From positions 768,001 through 832,000 of the forward strand of contig OZ252243.1 in NCBI GenBank assembly GCA_965249555.1: 64,000 nt of DNA. Direction: 5' to 3'. Positions within the stretch are counted from its first letter, which is position 1; every line of letters begins with the position of its first letter. The notes under the pieces are model-generated. The model saw nothing but the letters and a program-made list of their open reading frames with translations. It was not told where the DNA came from and did no database searches. Shown here in pieces: positions 30,441 to 41,320 of the stretch. The translations under genes and the position numbers were made by a program. Source of the DNA: Nitrosopumilus sp. Lineage in GTDB: Archaea > Thermoproteota > Nitrososphaeria > Nitrososphaerales > Nitrosopumilaceae.

Positions 30441-30641
30441 CTACTTCTTTCTAATTCCGCCTTTAACGTGTTTTTTAGTCCATTTTAATTTTCTTGGATC
30501 ACGTTTTAGAACTAGTGCATTTTTTTTACATTTTGAAGAACAGAACCATAAAACAGTTCCATCATTTTTAGCAAGCATCGTACCAGAACCTTTAGCAACA
30601 GGTCTATCACAAAAACTGCAAGGCTTGGTTAAGAGACTCAT
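30441..30641 (-). CDS. rpl24e: 50S ribosomal protein L24e
   Basis: CSFC...FCSSKC...PRKLKWT. Confidence 0.96.
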   Translation of the reverse strand: MSLLTKPCSFCDRPVAKGSGTMLAKNDGTVLWFCSSKCKKNALVLKRDPRKLKWTKKHVKGGIRKK

Positions 30642-30649
30642 CTAATCAC

Positions 30650-30862
30650 CTATTTGATCTTTTTTGCTTCTCTCTCTGTTTCTCTTAGCATGAGAATCTC
30701 GCCCACTCTAACAGAACCTTTGACATTTCTTGTAAGAATTCTTCCTTTATCATTTCCTGTAAGAACTTTTACTCTAACTTGAATTACCTCACCGGCAATG
30801 CCAGTTCGTCCAACAATTTGAATAATTTCAGATTGAACTACTTGATCAGTTGTGGAGCTCAT
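30650..30862 (-). CDS. rps28e: 30S ribosomal protein S28e
   Basis: [27 protein letters not shown]. Confidence 0.96.
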   Translation of the reverse strand: MSSTTDQVVQSEIIQIVGRTGIAGEVIQVRVKVLTGNDKGRILTRNVKGSVRVGEILMLRETEREAKKIK

Positions 30863-31245
30863 TGATCAGTCTTGCCACCTTTGATTTTAGAAATTGTTTC
30901 AATAATTTGATCTACGATATGTTGTGCATCACCAGCATCCAAAATTGCTGCAGCAGCAGAAGTTATCTCAATGCCCAATGAACTACCTAATTCTTTCTTT
31001 GTTGGAACAAATACAAATGCTGCACCTTGCTCCTCACACAGAATTGGAAGATGAGCTACTACCTCTGGCGGTTCAACATCCTCTGCTATAATGATTAGTT
31101 TACTTGTACCACGTTCGATTGCCTTGGTGGCTTCATTGGTTCCTTTCTTGACTTTGCCGCTAGTAGATGCTACTCTAAGTGCCTCTAAAATTGGACTAAC
31201 AAGATCCTCTGGTGTCTCAAATTTAACGTAATATGCTTTTCCCAT
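30859..31245 (-). CDS. rpl7ae: 50S ribosomal protein L7Ae
   Basis: [29 protein letters not shown]. Confidence 0.97.
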   Translation of the reverse strand: MGKAYYVKFETPEDLVSPILEALRVASTSGKVKKGTNEATKAIERGTSKLIIIAEDVEPPEVVAHLPILCEEQGAAFVFVPTKKELGSSLGIEITSAAAAILDAGDAQHIVDQIIETISKIKGGKTDQ

Positions 31246-31306
31246 ACTTTGTCACCCTAAGGTTCATTCTCCATTCTCTCAGTCGATTCGTTTGGTATTA
31301 AAAGTG

Positions 31307-32665
31307 TTATCTGGAAATAATCGACTTTACTTTTTTGAGATATTCAGATATCAAAGCGTCTAGTTTCTCCTGACTTTCAGATTCTGCATATACTCTAACT
31401 ATTGGTTCTGTTCCACTAGGTCTGATCATTACCCAATTTTTAGAATCGATTGTAATTTTGATACCATCAGTTGTATCAGAACTTGGAAATTCTTCTTTTA
31501 GTGAAAAAATCAGTTTTGAAACATTTTCAGGAGAGCATGAAACCTTGTCTTTTGTGGTAAAAGAAGGAGGTAAACTGGCAATCTCATCTGATAGTGATTT
31601 TCCCGTAGCCAAGAGCTCAAGCATCAATGCCAAAGTCATGCAGCCATCTCGAACCTGATTATGTTTTCCATACATGAATCCACCATTTTCTTCAAATCCT
31701 ATTAGTGCACCAGTTGAAACCATCTTTCTTGATACCTCGACACTTCCTACTTTGGTGCGAATAACTTTTGAGTTAAATTTTTCAGTTAAAACTTCAATGT
31801 TAGAACCAGAATTCAAACAAGTAATAATCAAAGAGTTTGGATTCTTCTTTAAGATATGTTGAGTAAGAAGTAACGCAGATTTATCACCAGATAAAACACT
31901 ACCTTTATTGTCACAAAAAATACTTCGATCTCCATCTCCATCAAATGCAATTCCAAAATCAGCATTGTTTTCCATCACAGTCTTTGAAAGTTCTGAAAGA
32001 TTTTGTGGTGTTGGCTCTGATCCACGTCCTGGAAAGTTTCCATCAATGTTTTGATTTACTAAGAGTACCTTACAGTGAAGCATTTTACAAAAATCAGGTG
32101 CAGAAACTGCCTGTGCACCGTTTCCTAAATCTAAAACAACTTTGAAATTTTTTGATTCTATTAATTTGGAATCAACTTGAGATACAATTCCTTTAAGATA
32201 TGTTTCAACGGCTCTTTCTTCTTTTCCTGTCATACCCCAATTTTCAATATTCTTTATCCAACTTTTTTGCAGGTAAATATCTTCAATTATTAATTCGTCT
32301 TCTCGTGAAATCTCAACTCCATCTTTTGCAGCTGGCTTGATTCCATTGTATTGAGATGGATTGTGAGATGCAGTAATCATAATTCCGCCAGAATATCCCA
32401 AAGTCTTTACTGCAAATTCAAGACATGGGGTTGGAACAATTCCTGCAACATTACAATTAATTCCAATTGAATTCAATGCAGAGATTATTACTTTGCAAAT
32501 TACTGGACTTGATTCTCTTCCATCAAAACCAATCAGTATTGGTCCTCTTTCAAAGTAAGTTCCAATAGCTAAAGTCATATCATGAACAAATTCTAATGTA
32601 AAGTCTTCAGAGAACACTCCACGAATTCCATTAGTTCCAAAAAATTTCGCCACGATATTATTCAA
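31307..32665 (-). CDS. glmM: Phosphohexomutase (phosphoglucosamine mutase / phosphomannomutase)
   Basis: FGTNGIRG, ITASHNP, DGDGDR, RPSGTEP. Confidence 0.88.
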   Translation of the reverse strand: MNNIVAKFFGTNGIRGVFSEDFTLEFVHDMTLAIGTYFERGPILIGFDGRESSPVICKVIISALNSIGINCNVAGIVPTPCLEFAVKTLGYSGGIMITASHNPSQYNGIKPAAKDGVEISREDELIIEDIYLQKSWIKNIENWGMTGKEERAVETYLKGIVSQVDSKLIESKNFKVVLDLGNGAQAVSAPDFCKMLHCKVLLVNQNIDGNFPGRGSEPTPQNLSELSKTVMENNADFGIAFDGDGDRSIFCDNKGSVLSGDKSALLLTQHILKKNPNSLIITCLNSGSNIEVLTEKFNSKVIRTKVGSVEVSRKMVSTGALIGFEENGGFMYGKHNQVRDGCMTLALMLELLATGKSLSDEIASLPPSFTTKDKVSCSPENVSKLIFSLKEEFPSSDTTDGIKITIDSKNWVMIRPSGTEPIVRVYAESESQEKLDALISEYLKKVKSIISR

Positions 32666-32700
32666 TAATAGATAAATTTGTGTTTAATGGCATGTCCGTT

Positions 32701-32785
32701 GCGGGAGTCGCCCAGCCTGGTCAAAGGCGTAGGGCTTAGGACCCTATCTCTTAGGAGTTCGTGGGTTCGAATCCCACCTCCCGCA
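32701..32785 (+). tRNA. tRNA-Leu(TAG)
   Basis: GCGGGAG/CTCCCGC acceptor, TAGGG-CTTAGGA-CCCTA anticodon arm, variable arm, GGTTCGAATCC. Confidence 0.95.
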
Positions 32786-32813
32786 CCTTTTTGATTTCTG
32801 TGAATGATTAATA

Positions 32814-33683
32814 ATGAGAAAATTCCCAACAAACAAAGCCATGAAAAAGACAGTCATCGGAATTACAGTAGTTGGAAAAGATAGAGAGGGAATTGTAGCC
32901 GCATTTACAAATTTTGCATTCTCAAAACATGGAAACATCGAGAAAGTAAACCAAAATGTAATCAAAGGTCTTTTTGGAATGTATCTAGAAATATCTTTTT
33001 CAAAAACAGTTGATGTAAAGAGATTTGATGCCGAAATACAAAGTTTAGCTAAAAAAGAGAAGATGGATGTAAGTACACATCATGAAACAAATTCGCAGAA
33101 AAATATTGCAGTATTTGTAGCAAAAGAGCAACTTTGTCTTAAAACAATTCTGGATAATGCAAAATCACTCAAAGGAAAAATATCAGTAATAATTGGTTCA
33201 GAAAAAACACTTGGATCACTAGCAAAAAAAGCAAAGATTCCATTTGTTGTGGTACAAGAAAAGGATCAACAAAAGGCAGAAGAAAAAATTATTGAGATAT
33301 GCAAAAAGTATGAGATAGACTTGATCTCACTTGCAAGATACATGAGAATTCTTAGTCCTAACTTTGTTTGGAGATATCCAAACAGAATAATTAACATTCA
33401 TCCATCAATATTACCTGCATTCCCAGGAGCATTAGCATATGCACAAGCTTATGAAAGAGGTACAAAAATTGTTGGTGTAACTTCGCATTATGTTACAGAG
33501 AACTTGGATCAAGGACCAATTATCTTCCAAGATTCATTCAAAGTGGATCCAAATGATACGTTAGAAAAAATTAAAACAAAAGGACAAAGACTAGAAGCAG
33601 ACACATTGCTTAAAGCAATGAAGATGCATCTAGAAAATAAATTGGAAGTTCGTTGGAGAAAGGTTCACATCAAATCAAAGTGA
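32814..33683 (+). CDS. purU: Formyltetrahydrofolate deformylase (likely start 32841)
   Basis: N-terminal ACT domain; LARYMRILS, INIHPS, GVTSHYVT..LDQGPII. Confidence 0.92.
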   Translation: MRKFPTNKAMKKTVIGITVVGKDREGIVAAFTNFAFSKHGNIEKVNQNVIKGLFGMYLEISFSKTVDVKRFDAEIQSLAKKEKMDVSTHHETNSQKNIAVFVAKEQLCLKTILDNAKSLKGKISVIIGSEKTLGSLAKKAKIPFVVVQEKDQQKAEEKIIEICKKYEIDLISLARYMRILSPNFVWRYPNRIINIHPSILPAFPGALAYAQAYERGTKIVGVTSHYVTENLDQGPIIFQDSFKVDPNDTLEKIKTKGQRLEADTLLKAMKMHLENKLEVRWRKVHIKSK

Positions 33684-33688
33684 ATTAA

Positions 33689-34411
33689 ATGACAGATATC
33701 AAGGCACAATTTGATCCTAATCTTAGAAAATCAATTAAAAAGAAAAAACAAGTGGCAATAATTCCAATAGGCTCAATTGAGCAGCACGGTCCACATTTAC
33801 CCATATCAACGGATTCAGATATTGTAACTGAAGTAGCAAAAAGACTGTCTGAAATGAAAGGATATCTTCTTCTTCCAACACTAACCTATGGAGTTTCATT
33901 TGAGCATGCACCATTTTTTAATTTGAGTGTTAGAGAATCAACCTTACGAACTGTTCTAACTGATTTGTGTTCATCACTTTTAGCAAACAACATTAAGACA
34001 GTTTTCATAATTAATGGGCATCATGGAAATCTAAAATCAATCAAAAACATTGATGTGAAGCTCCAAAAAATCTCAAAAAACAATCTCAAAGTATTTCCAT
34101 TATCTTATTGGCATTTTATGAAAAGAGAGTTTGATCATGCAGGATTTGTAGAGACATCACTAATGTTAGCAATTTCAAAAAACGTCAAAATGAAATTGGC
34201 AAAAAAAGGGTTAATCACAGACGGGATGACAAAACAAGAAATCAAAAAACTTGGAAAACTTGCTAATCAATCATTTCCCAAAGCTACCAAAAACGGAATT
34301 TGGGGCGATCCTACAAAAGCCACAAAAAAGGATGGACAGTCAATTTTAGCTGAAATCGTTAAAAATCTGGGAAAAAAGTGTCAAACTTGCCTTACTGGGT
34401 ATAGCTCATAG
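33689..34411 (+). CDS. Creatininase-family amidohydrolase
   Basis: PIGSIEQHGPHLP.STD, NGHHGN, DHAG..ETS, GIWGDP. Confidence 0.92.
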   Translation: MTDIKAQFDPNLRKSIKKKKQVAIIPIGSIEQHGPHLPISTDSDIVTEVAKRLSEMKGYLLLPTLTYGVSFEHAPFFNLSVRESTLRTVLTDLCSSLLANNIKTVFIINGHHGNLKSIKNIDVKLQKISKNNLKVFPLSYWHFMKREFDHAGFVETSLMLAISKNVKMKLAKKGLITDGMTKQEIKKLGKLANQSFPKATKNGIWGDPTKATKKDGQSILAEIVKNLGKKCQTCLTGYSS

Positions 34412-34468
34412 TTACACCAATGAAATTTTAATATAATCCCTCAATATCAAAGCCAATAAGTGAAATAG

Positions 34469-34705
34469 ATGTCCGTTGATATGGCAGTAAAAGTATTGGA
34501 TGAGAGTATCAATCAAGTTGTATTGATAAAGCTCAAAGGTAACAAAATACTTAGAGGTAATCTTCTTGGTTTTGACCAACACATGAATCTGCTACTCGAC
34601 TCTTCAGAGGAAATTCCTGCTGAAGGCGAGACAAACAGCCTTGGAACCATCGTAGTTAGAGGAGACAATGTAGTTATGATATCTCCTCCACCACCAAAGA
34701 AATAG
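34469..34705 (+). CDS. Sm-like (LSm/SmAP) protein
   Basis: [13 protein letters not shown] and VRGDNV; upstream of rpl37e, the conserved archaeal arrangement. Confidence 0.95.
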   Translation: MSVDMAVKVLDESINQVVLIKLKGNKILRGNLLGFDQHMNLLLDSSEEIPAEGETNSLGTIVVRGDNVVMISPPPPKK

Positions 34706-34715
34706 GTGATTTGAG

Positions 34716-34883
34716 ATGGTAAAAGGCACAACTTCTATGGGTGGTTTTACAAAGAAGAAAGTTCACATCAGGTGTAGAAGATGTGGTAAAAACTCGCTTC
34801 ACAAACGTCATCATCAATGTGCAAGTTGTGGATTCCCAAAGGCTAAACGCAGAAAGTATTCCTGGATTAAATGGTATACATAG
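34716..34883 (+). CDS. rpl37e: 50S ribosomal protein L37e, 55 aa (not in the ORF track)
   Basis: MVKGTTSMG...HIRCRRCG...CASCGFP...RKYSW. Confidence 0.96.
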   Translation: MVKGTTSMGGFTKKKVHIRCRRCGKNSLHKRHHQCASCGFPKAKRRKYSWIKWYT

Positions 34884-35834
34884 ATGCAAGAAATTGTTCT
34901 TATTCTTAGTTCATTAGCGGGTGTAGCTACAGCTGTTGCTGCACGAAAAATGCCAAGAGGTAAAAAACAATTACTCAGCCTTGGTGCTAGTTCACACATT
35001 AAAAGTAAAATTAATACTCTAAAAATTGAAAAAGATATTCTTACAAAAACAATTACAAGGCTATACCAAGCAGACTCTGAATTTTCTAAAATTCAAAAGG
35101 ACAGACTATTACTGAGATATCAACACCAATTAGGAATTGTTTTAGCTAAACTAGAAAAACTCGAGCAAGCAGGTAAACATCCAGACTTGGGTCCAGTAGG
35201 AGATGGTTTGATAACTTTGATGGATCAAAAATTATCAAAACTAGATGATAGATTGTATGAATTATCATCAAAGATGACAAGTGCAAAAATAGAAAAACCA
35301 GAAATTAAAGAGACAAAGAGCGAACCGAAACAAAGTGTATCAAAATCATGGTTCAACTTTGAGAAGCCAAAAGAAACAAAGAGCGAACCAACTGTAATTC
35401 CCCCAACAAAATCAAAACAGTCATTTGAATTTTCTACCTTAACAAATATTCCAACAAAGGATTCAAAATTTCCATTATTGGAAAAAGAAGAATCAAAACA
35501 AGAAATTACAAGCCCAATACCACAGCCAAAGACAGTTCAGACTGAAATAATTAAACCAAAAGAAGAGATTGTCCAGGAAATTATTCAACCAAAAACTGAA
35601 GATGAAATTGAGGTTATTCAGTCAGTTACACCAAAACCAGAGTCAGTATTAGATACAAAGCCTGACATAGACAAAGAAGTTGCAAAGATTACAGAGCACA
35701 AGGCACTACCAGAACCAGAACAAAAACCAATAACATTGGATGATGACTTTGATGATGATGCAGACGATCTAGACAAAATCAAAAGTAATATCATGAGAGT
35801 TCTATCAAAGCTTGATCAGGCAGAGGTAGAGTAA
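34884..35834 (+). CDS. Hypothetical protein (N-terminal hydrophobic anchor, coiled coil, E/K/P-rich linker, acidic conserved tail)
   Basis: 316-aa ORF abutting rpl37e and rpiA. Confidence 0.8.
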   Translation: MQEIVLILSSLAGVATAVAARKMPRGKKQLLSLGASSHIKSKINTLKIEKDILTKTITRLYQADSEFSKIQKDRLLLRYQHQLGIVLAKLEKLEQAGKHPDLGPVGDGLITLMDQKLSKLDDRLYELSSKMTSAKIEKPEIKETKSEPKQSVSKSWFNFEKPKETKSEPTVIPPTKSKQSFEFSTLTNIPTKDSKFPLLEKEESKQEITSPIPQPKTVQTEIIKPKEEIVQEIIQPKTEDEIEVIQSVTPKPESVLDTKPDIDKEVAKITEHKALPEPEQKPITLDDDFDDDADDLDKIKSNIMRVLSKLDQAEVE

Positions 35835-36509
35835 TTGTCCTATGATAGTGCCATTACGACATTATCAAGTTATGCACTAAAACATGTCAAAGACTATTCC
35901 ATAATAGGATTAGGAAGTGGAAGAGCAGCAACTGCACTTGTAAAATCACTTTCAAGACTAATCGAAATAAAAGATTATCACATTGTTGGAATTCCAACTT
36001 CATTACAAATCAAACAAGTTGCAGAAAACGAAGGCATACCACTAATAGAAGCTGATCAGGTAGATCATATTGATGTTGTATTTGATGGTGCAGATCAAAT
36101 TGATTCTCAAAAATTTGTAATCAAAGGAGGAGGAGGTGCTTTACTGCGGGAAAATGTTTTGTTTAGTCTTGCAAAAAAAGTTGTAGTTATGGCAGACAAG
36201 AGCAAGTTTGTAAAAAATTTTACAAGAACTGTTCCAGTAGAAGTTCATCCATTTGCTAGAAGTTCAGTAATAAATGCAATTGAAAAACTAGGAGGAAAAG
36301 TACAACTACGAACAATGGATAGAGGCTATTCATTTTTTACAGAAAATGGTAACATAATTTTAGATTGTGATTTTGGAACAATAAGGAATCCAAAAGTACT
36401 TACTCAAAAAATCAAACAGATTGCTGGAGTTTTAGAGTCCGGAATTTTTCTTAGAAAACCAGATGTAATTTACAGAGCCAAGACAGGTGGCAAATTTGAT
36501 ATTCTCTAG
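35835..36509 (+). CDS. rpiA: Ribose-5-phosphate isomerase A
   Basis: GLGSG, DGADQ, IKGGGGALLRE, TENGNIILD. Confidence 0.95.
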   Translation: MSYDSAITTLSSYALKHVKDYSIIGLGSGRAATALVKSLSRLIEIKDYHIVGIPTSLQIKQVAENEGIPLIEADQVDHIDVVFDGADQIDSQKFVIKGGGGALLRENVLFSLAKKVVVMADKSKFVKNFTRTVPVEVHPFARSSVINAIEKLGGKVQLRTMDRGYSFFTENGNIILDCDFGTIRNPKVLTQKIKQIAGVLESGIFLRKPDVIYRAKTGGKFDIL

Positions 36510-36524
36510 AATATTGTAACAAAT

Positions 36525-37229
36525 CTATTCTTTTTTACCAAATTTTCCCAGTAGAGGAACAAAAACATAGTTTGATTCGTTTTTGATTTCAATAATTCCT
36601 TCAGTGGTCTTTTTTAACAAAACTAATGACTGAGATGAGCCTCCTACAGGCGCAAGTATGAGCCCATTTTTATCTAGTTGTTCAAGTAATGGCAAAGGAA
36701 TTTCTGTACATGCTGCAGTAATTATGATTCTATCATACGGTGATTCTTGTGGATAACCCATACTACCATCACCGAAAATCACATGAGTGTTATCTAGTCC
36801 AAATTTTTCTAAATTTTCTCTTGCAAATTTTACTAGTTCTGAATGTCTTTCAAGAGAATAAATAGTACCTGTTCCTACCAAGTAAGAGAGAATTGCAGTC
36901 TGCCAAGCAGATCCAGTACCAATCTCAAGAATTTTTTGCCCATCTTTAACATCTAACCACTCTGTCATTCTTGACACAACTCCCGGTTGAGAAATGGTCT
37001 GATCTTTCATAATTGATAGTGGTTCATTGTAATATGCTACATCTAATGCTGATGTAGGAACAAATTCATGTCTGGGAATGTTTCTAAACGCAGATTCAAC
37101 ATTATCGTCATTAAGAAATCCTGAATCCCTTAGAAAATGGATTAAATTATCTAGTGCTATCTGATATTTTTTCTCAATTTTAGTTCCATTCAACCAGTAT
37201 AGGTAGAATTTTTTATCATTTAAACCCAA
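36525..37229 (-). CDS. pcm: Protein-L-isoaspartate O-methyltransferase
   Basis: PRHEFVP, QTISQP, LEIGTGS, PYDRIIITAA, FVPL. Confidence 0.94.
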   Translation of the reverse strand: MGLNDKKFYLYWLNGTKIEKKYQIALDNLIHFLRDSGFLNDDNVESAFRNIPRHEFVPTSALDVAYYNEPLSIMKDQTISQPGVVSRMTEWLDVKDGQKILEIGTGSAWQTAILSYLVGTGTIYSLERHSELVKFARENLEKFGLDNTHVIFGDGSMGYPQESPYDRIIITAACTEIPLPLLEQLDKNGLILAPVGGSSQSLVLLKKTTEGIIEIKNESNYVFVPLLGKFGKKE

Positions 37230-37233
37230 TTTG

Positions 37234-38637
37234 TTATTTTGAAAATAAGTTAATTTTTCGTTCTACCAATTTACCATGACCAGGTTTTCCAATCACTTCA
37301 AAGTCATCAGCAACTATTTCTCCTCTAACAATTGTTTTAACAGGCCATCCTTTTAGATTTCTTCCTTCATATATGATATAATCAGAAAAGCCTCCAAACA
37401 AATCAGATGTTACTTTCTTTTCTTTTTTCAAATCTATCATAGTAATGTCTGCATCAGAATTTTTTTCCAGTGTTCCTTTTTGCGGATACATTCCAAAAAT
37501 TTGAGCGGCATTTTTACTTGTAAATTGCACAAACTGCTCAAGTGTTATTCTGTTTTGGTTTACGCCATCATTGAGTAATATTGGAATCACAGTTCCAATT
37601 CCCGGAAATCCTGCCAATGCTCCCCAAACATCATCTCCATCTAGTTTGAGTTTGAGTTGGTTTGCAACATGATCTGTGCCTATAGTATCAATAAGATTTT
37701 GAGAGAGAGCATTCCAAACTGCCTTGTTGTCATTTCCAGTTCTTATTGGAGGCATAACTTTAGCAAGATATCCTTCTTGTTTTTCAATGGACAGTGTAAG
37801 ATAGTGTGGACATGTCTCAACAAAAATTTTTGTTCCAAGTTTTTTCTCTTCTTGAATCTGTGCTAGTGCTATCTCTGAGCCAATGTGAACAAAGTAGATT
37901 ACACAGTCATAATTTCGTCCAAACTTTGAGACAGTCTTAATTGCTTTTGCCTCAAATTCTGGAGAACGACTTTGAGACCACGCAGAAAGTCCGTCTTGTT
38001 TTTTTTCTCTTGCAGTTTTAATTCCACATCCACATGACTCATAGTCTTCTGCATGGACTAGTACTGGACAGCCAAGTGAAGCTGCAGTTTTTACAATCTG
38101 TTCAACTAGTTCATCAGTAACATCTACCTTAGCTGCAACAAGTTTAGAGGAGTTTGGTGGCATGTCCATATACACATGACCGACTTCGCCGCCAAGATTC
38201 ATGTAAATTTTAAAAGACGTGATTCCTTTTTCAATACAAAAATTCATCTCATTGACTTGTTGAGTAGTGAAAACAGAAGCATGAATTGCATAATCAATGT
38301 AATGACTCTGAGATGATGCATCAAGCTGAGCTTGTAATGAACTAGAAAATGAATTTTCTAATCTAAGCATTCTCATCATAGTTGTTATTCCACCAATTGC
38401 TGCAGCGTGAGATTCAGTTTTTGCTGATTCATTTATTGAAGAATACACACCATAATGAACATGAGTGTCAATTGGACCAGGAATAGAAATTAATCCATTG
38501 CCATTGATTTTGTTATCACAGGCAGGGGTATCATTTGTAAATCCAACAATTTTTCCCTCATCAATTAGAATATTTTTGTAAATCATTCCCTGAGGAAGTA
38601 CAATGTGTGAATCAATAATCACAGTATCATACGTCAT
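37234..38637 (-). CDS. Cyclic amidohydrolase (dihydroorotase/dihydropyrimidinase/allantoinase family)
   Basis: DTHVH, GGITT, FKIYM, HAED, ETCPHYL, PPIR, GTDH. Confidence 0.88.
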   Translation of the reverse strand: MTYDTVIIDSHIVLPQGMIYKNILIDEGKIVGFTNDTPACDNKINGNGLISIPGPIDTHVHYGVYSSINESAKTESHAAAIGGITTMMRMLRLENSFSSSLQAQLDASSQSHYIDYAIHASVFTTQQVNEMNFCIEKGITSFKIYMNLGGEVGHVYMDMPPNSSKLVAAKVDVTDELVEQIVKTAASLGCPVLVHAEDYESCGCGIKTAREKKQDGLSAWSQSRSPEFEAKAIKTVSKFGRNYDCVIYFVHIGSEIALAQIQEEKKLGTKIFVETCPHYLTLSIEKQEGYLAKVMPPIRTGNDNKAVWNALSQNLIDTIGTDHVANQLKLKLDGDDVWGALAGFPGIGTVIPILLNDGVNQNRITLEQFVQFTSKNAAQIFGMYPQKGTLEKNSDADITMIDLKKEKKVTSDLFGGFSDYIIYEGRNLKGWPVKTIVRGEIVADDFEVIGKPGHGKLVERKINLFSK

Positions 38638-38713
38638 TTGAAAATTTTATACCTGGCAGTCTATTATGCGTTAAGAAAATGAATAAAAATACAACTAAAA
38701 AGAAGTGATTCAG

Positions 38714-38785
38714 GGGCCGGTGGTTTAGGGGTATGATGCCTCGTTCGCAACGAGGATGTCGAGGGTTCGATTCCCTCCCGGTCCA
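38714..38785 (+). tRNA. tRNA-Ala(CGC)
   Basis: GGGCCGG/CCGGTCC acceptor with G3:U70; CCTCG-TTCGCAA-CGAGG anticodon arm. Confidence 0.95.
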
Positions 38786-38790
38786 CTACT

Positions 38791-39039
38791 TTGGTGTCCT
38801 TTTTATGGTTCCGCTACAATGGTGATCACTTGAAGATAACAAAAGAAGAACTATCACATTCTACAGAAGAGTTGGTCCTAGACTTGTGCTTGCAAGTAAT
38901 AAAGGCTGACGCTACCAAGAAAAAATACACAAGGACATTACGAAAGATAGTTTGTGATATCTTTGAGGACGTTTTAGAGGGGGATTTTGAGCAAAGAGTC
39001 AATCAACTAGCCAAACTATCAAGTGAGAATCCAAAATAA
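38791..39039 (+). pseudogene. N-terminal remnant of a putative tyrosine integrase
   Basis: IKADATKKKYTRTLRKIVCDIFEDVLEGDFEQRVNQL recalls N-termini of nitrosopumilid integrases; begins right after the tRNA 3' end; no catalytic domain. Confidence 0.55.
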
Positions 39040-39291
39040 CCTGTTAGAACATGAAAAACACATCAAATCAGAATTAGAGCGATGGATTAAGAATCTAGAA
39101 ACAGAATTGAATTTTAGATTAGAAGAGGCGTTTAGAAATGATAAAAGCCATATTCAATCACTAAGCAAATCATAATGTCATAATCTTGAGTAATAAAAAA
39201 AATTATTGCCATAGGTGTAAAATAAGAGTATATGCTATCTGTTATTCAATATTTTAGATCATTTTAAAGAAAGTACGTTGATAACAATTTC

Positions 39292-41310
39292 ATGGTCTGT
39301 ATCCATAAATTAGAATTTGAAAATCTTTATTCTTATTCAAATGGAAACAGTTTAGAGTTATCAAACAACAATATAATTGTCGGTCCAAATAATTCGGGCA
39401 AATCAAATATTTTTAGAATCATTAAATTACTACAAAATGTATTGTCAGAGAATCATTCATTAGGAGATTCTGAATTATTCTCCAATACATCCACAGCATT
39501 TCTAGAAATTGACATGACACTATCCTCTGATGAATCAGACATGCTTGTAAAACATATGAGTTTCTATCAAAACCCCAACAATAGCTCACTACGATTTTAT
39601 GAATTTCAAAACTTTAAGAAAATTTCTGAATTATTTAGAGATTTAACCATAAAGTTGACGTGGAAAAAAAGTTTCAATAGAGAAGGATATAAACTATTTA
39701 TCGAATTAAAATTTACAAAAATGAACTTGATTTTTCTTGGCAAATATTGGCCAAGCTATTTTATGATTTCTAATAGCAGCGTAAAACAAGAATCATTTCC
39801 AAATGTTGAAAATATTCATCTACATGAATTTTTAGATTCAATGATTGATTCTGATGCAATAGAATATACAAATAATTTTTTTAATGAACATAAAGAAAAA
39901 ATTTTAAAAATAGAGTCCATACGAAGAGATGCAAATTATGAAATGTCTGATAGGGGGCGCGAGATTTTTCAAGACATAGTTCAATTCTTAGATATTACTG
40001 AAAAATCAAATTCAGACATGGCTTTTTTTCAAATAATTGAACAAATTCTGAAAAATGGGATAAAAATTACTAGAGGAGGTGTTAATTTGAATCAAATTAC
40101 AATGGCAGAATTAGTAAAAAGAATACAATTTGGAACCAATAATTTTGCTAGACAAGATTCGGATAATCAAAAGACACTATTCAATCAAACACTTGAAACA
40201 CAAGCATTAAAAAAAGATTTAGAATTTGTCGATTATTTGAGAGATGATGGGAGTAACATCGCCCAGTTTTTATTTAGTCTTAGAAATTCTCCCAAAACCC
40301 ATGACAGAGAAAAATATCGGATAATAAAAAAAACATTTGAAGAACTTTGTTCATCTGAATTTCTTGAACTTGACATAATACTTGATTATGATATTGAGAG
40401 AAAAACAGGCTGGAGAACTTTAGAAATTTTAAGTGAGCCTAAATTTCCAAAAATCATTATCATTAACAAAAAGACACGAATTCATTATTCCATTGACAAG
40501 ATTGGGGCAGGTATATCTGAGATTCTTTATCTTCTTACTACTTCCTATGGATTTGAAAATACGATAATTTTGATGGATGAGCCATCAGTAAACCTTCACC
40601 CGACAAAAGCCAAAGAAGTAATGAGAAAAATCATAAAATTTAATCCAAAAAATCAATTTATCATCATAACTCATTCACCAGAATTAACACATACCATGAT
40701 TTTTGAAAATCATGCAGACCTATGTTATGTGAGAAAAACTGATGGAGTCAGCAAAATATTTGTCATGAAAAAAGAAGAAAAAAGTGAATTTGATGAAGAG
40801 CGAGGCAGATTGAAGCATCAAATAGATAGCAGGGTTTTTTTTGGAAAATGTGTAATTCTATGTGAGGGTGAATCCGATAGGAATCTTTTTGGAATTGTAG
40901 AATATCTGACATCTACAGATAGAAAGTATGATCTTGAAGCAAATGATGTTTTGATTACAAGTATTGGAGGACACAGTAATTTTCCAAAATATATAAAATT
41001 ACTATCCAGTTTAGGAATTCCATATGTTATATTGGCAGACATTCAAGCCAAAAAATTCCTACCAGAGTCATTTGCAACAATGACAAAAAATGGAATTATC
41101 GGTGATAGCAGTGTGATTGTGATAGATGGAAATTTGAAAGATTTGATGAATGAAATTGACGGTGAACTATATTCTAAAATAAAACTAAAGGTAGGAAAGT
41201 CAAAGCCTACAGTGTCATTTGAATTTGCAAGTCAAATTTATGAAAAAAATCCGGATGCTCTAAAACCTGTAGAAGATTTTTTATCTTTAGCTATTGAAAA
41301 AAGTAAATAG
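39292..41310 (+). CDS. OLD-family ATP-dependent nuclease (ABC ATPase + TOPRIM)
   Basis: GPNNSGKS, IGAGI, LMDEPSVNLHP, ITHSP, CEGESD, GGH, YVILAD. Confidence 0.88.
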   Translation: MVCIHKLEFENLYSYSNGNSLELSNNNIIVGPNNSGKSNIFRIIKLLQNVLSENHSLGDSELFSNTSTAFLEIDMTLSSDESDMLVKHMSFYQNPNNSSLRFYEFQNFKKISELFRDLTIKLTWKKSFNREGYKLFIELKFTKMNLIFLGKYWPSYFMISNSSVKQESFPNVENIHLHEFLDSMIDSDAIEYTNNFFNEHKEKILKIESIRRDANYEMSDRGREIFQDIVQFLDITEKSNSDMAFFQIIEQILKNGIKITRGGVNLNQITMAELVKRIQFGTNNFARQDSDNQKTLFNQTLETQALKKDLEFVDYLRDDGSNIAQFLFSLRNSPKTHDREKYRIIKKTFEELCSSEFLELDIILDYDIERKTGWRTLEILSEPKFPKIIIINKKTRIHYSIDKIGAGISEILYLLTTSYGFENTIILMDEPSVNLHPTKAKEVMRKIIKFNPKNQFIIITHSPELTHTMIFENHADLCYVRKTDGVSKIFVMKKEEKSEFDEERGRLKHQIDSRVFFGKCVILCEGESDRNLFGIVEYLTSTDRKYDLEANDVLITSIGGHSNFPKYIKLLSSLGIPYVILADIQAKKFLPESFATMTKNGIIGDSSVIVIDGNLKDLMNEIDGELYSKIKLKVGKSKPTVSFEFASQIYEKNPDALKPVEDFLSLAIEKSK

Positions 41311-41320
41311 TTACAACAGT

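Noticed and set aside
39292-41310. Gabija or retron-associated system
   Set aside because: No UvrD-like GajB or reverse transcriptase next to the OLD nuclease
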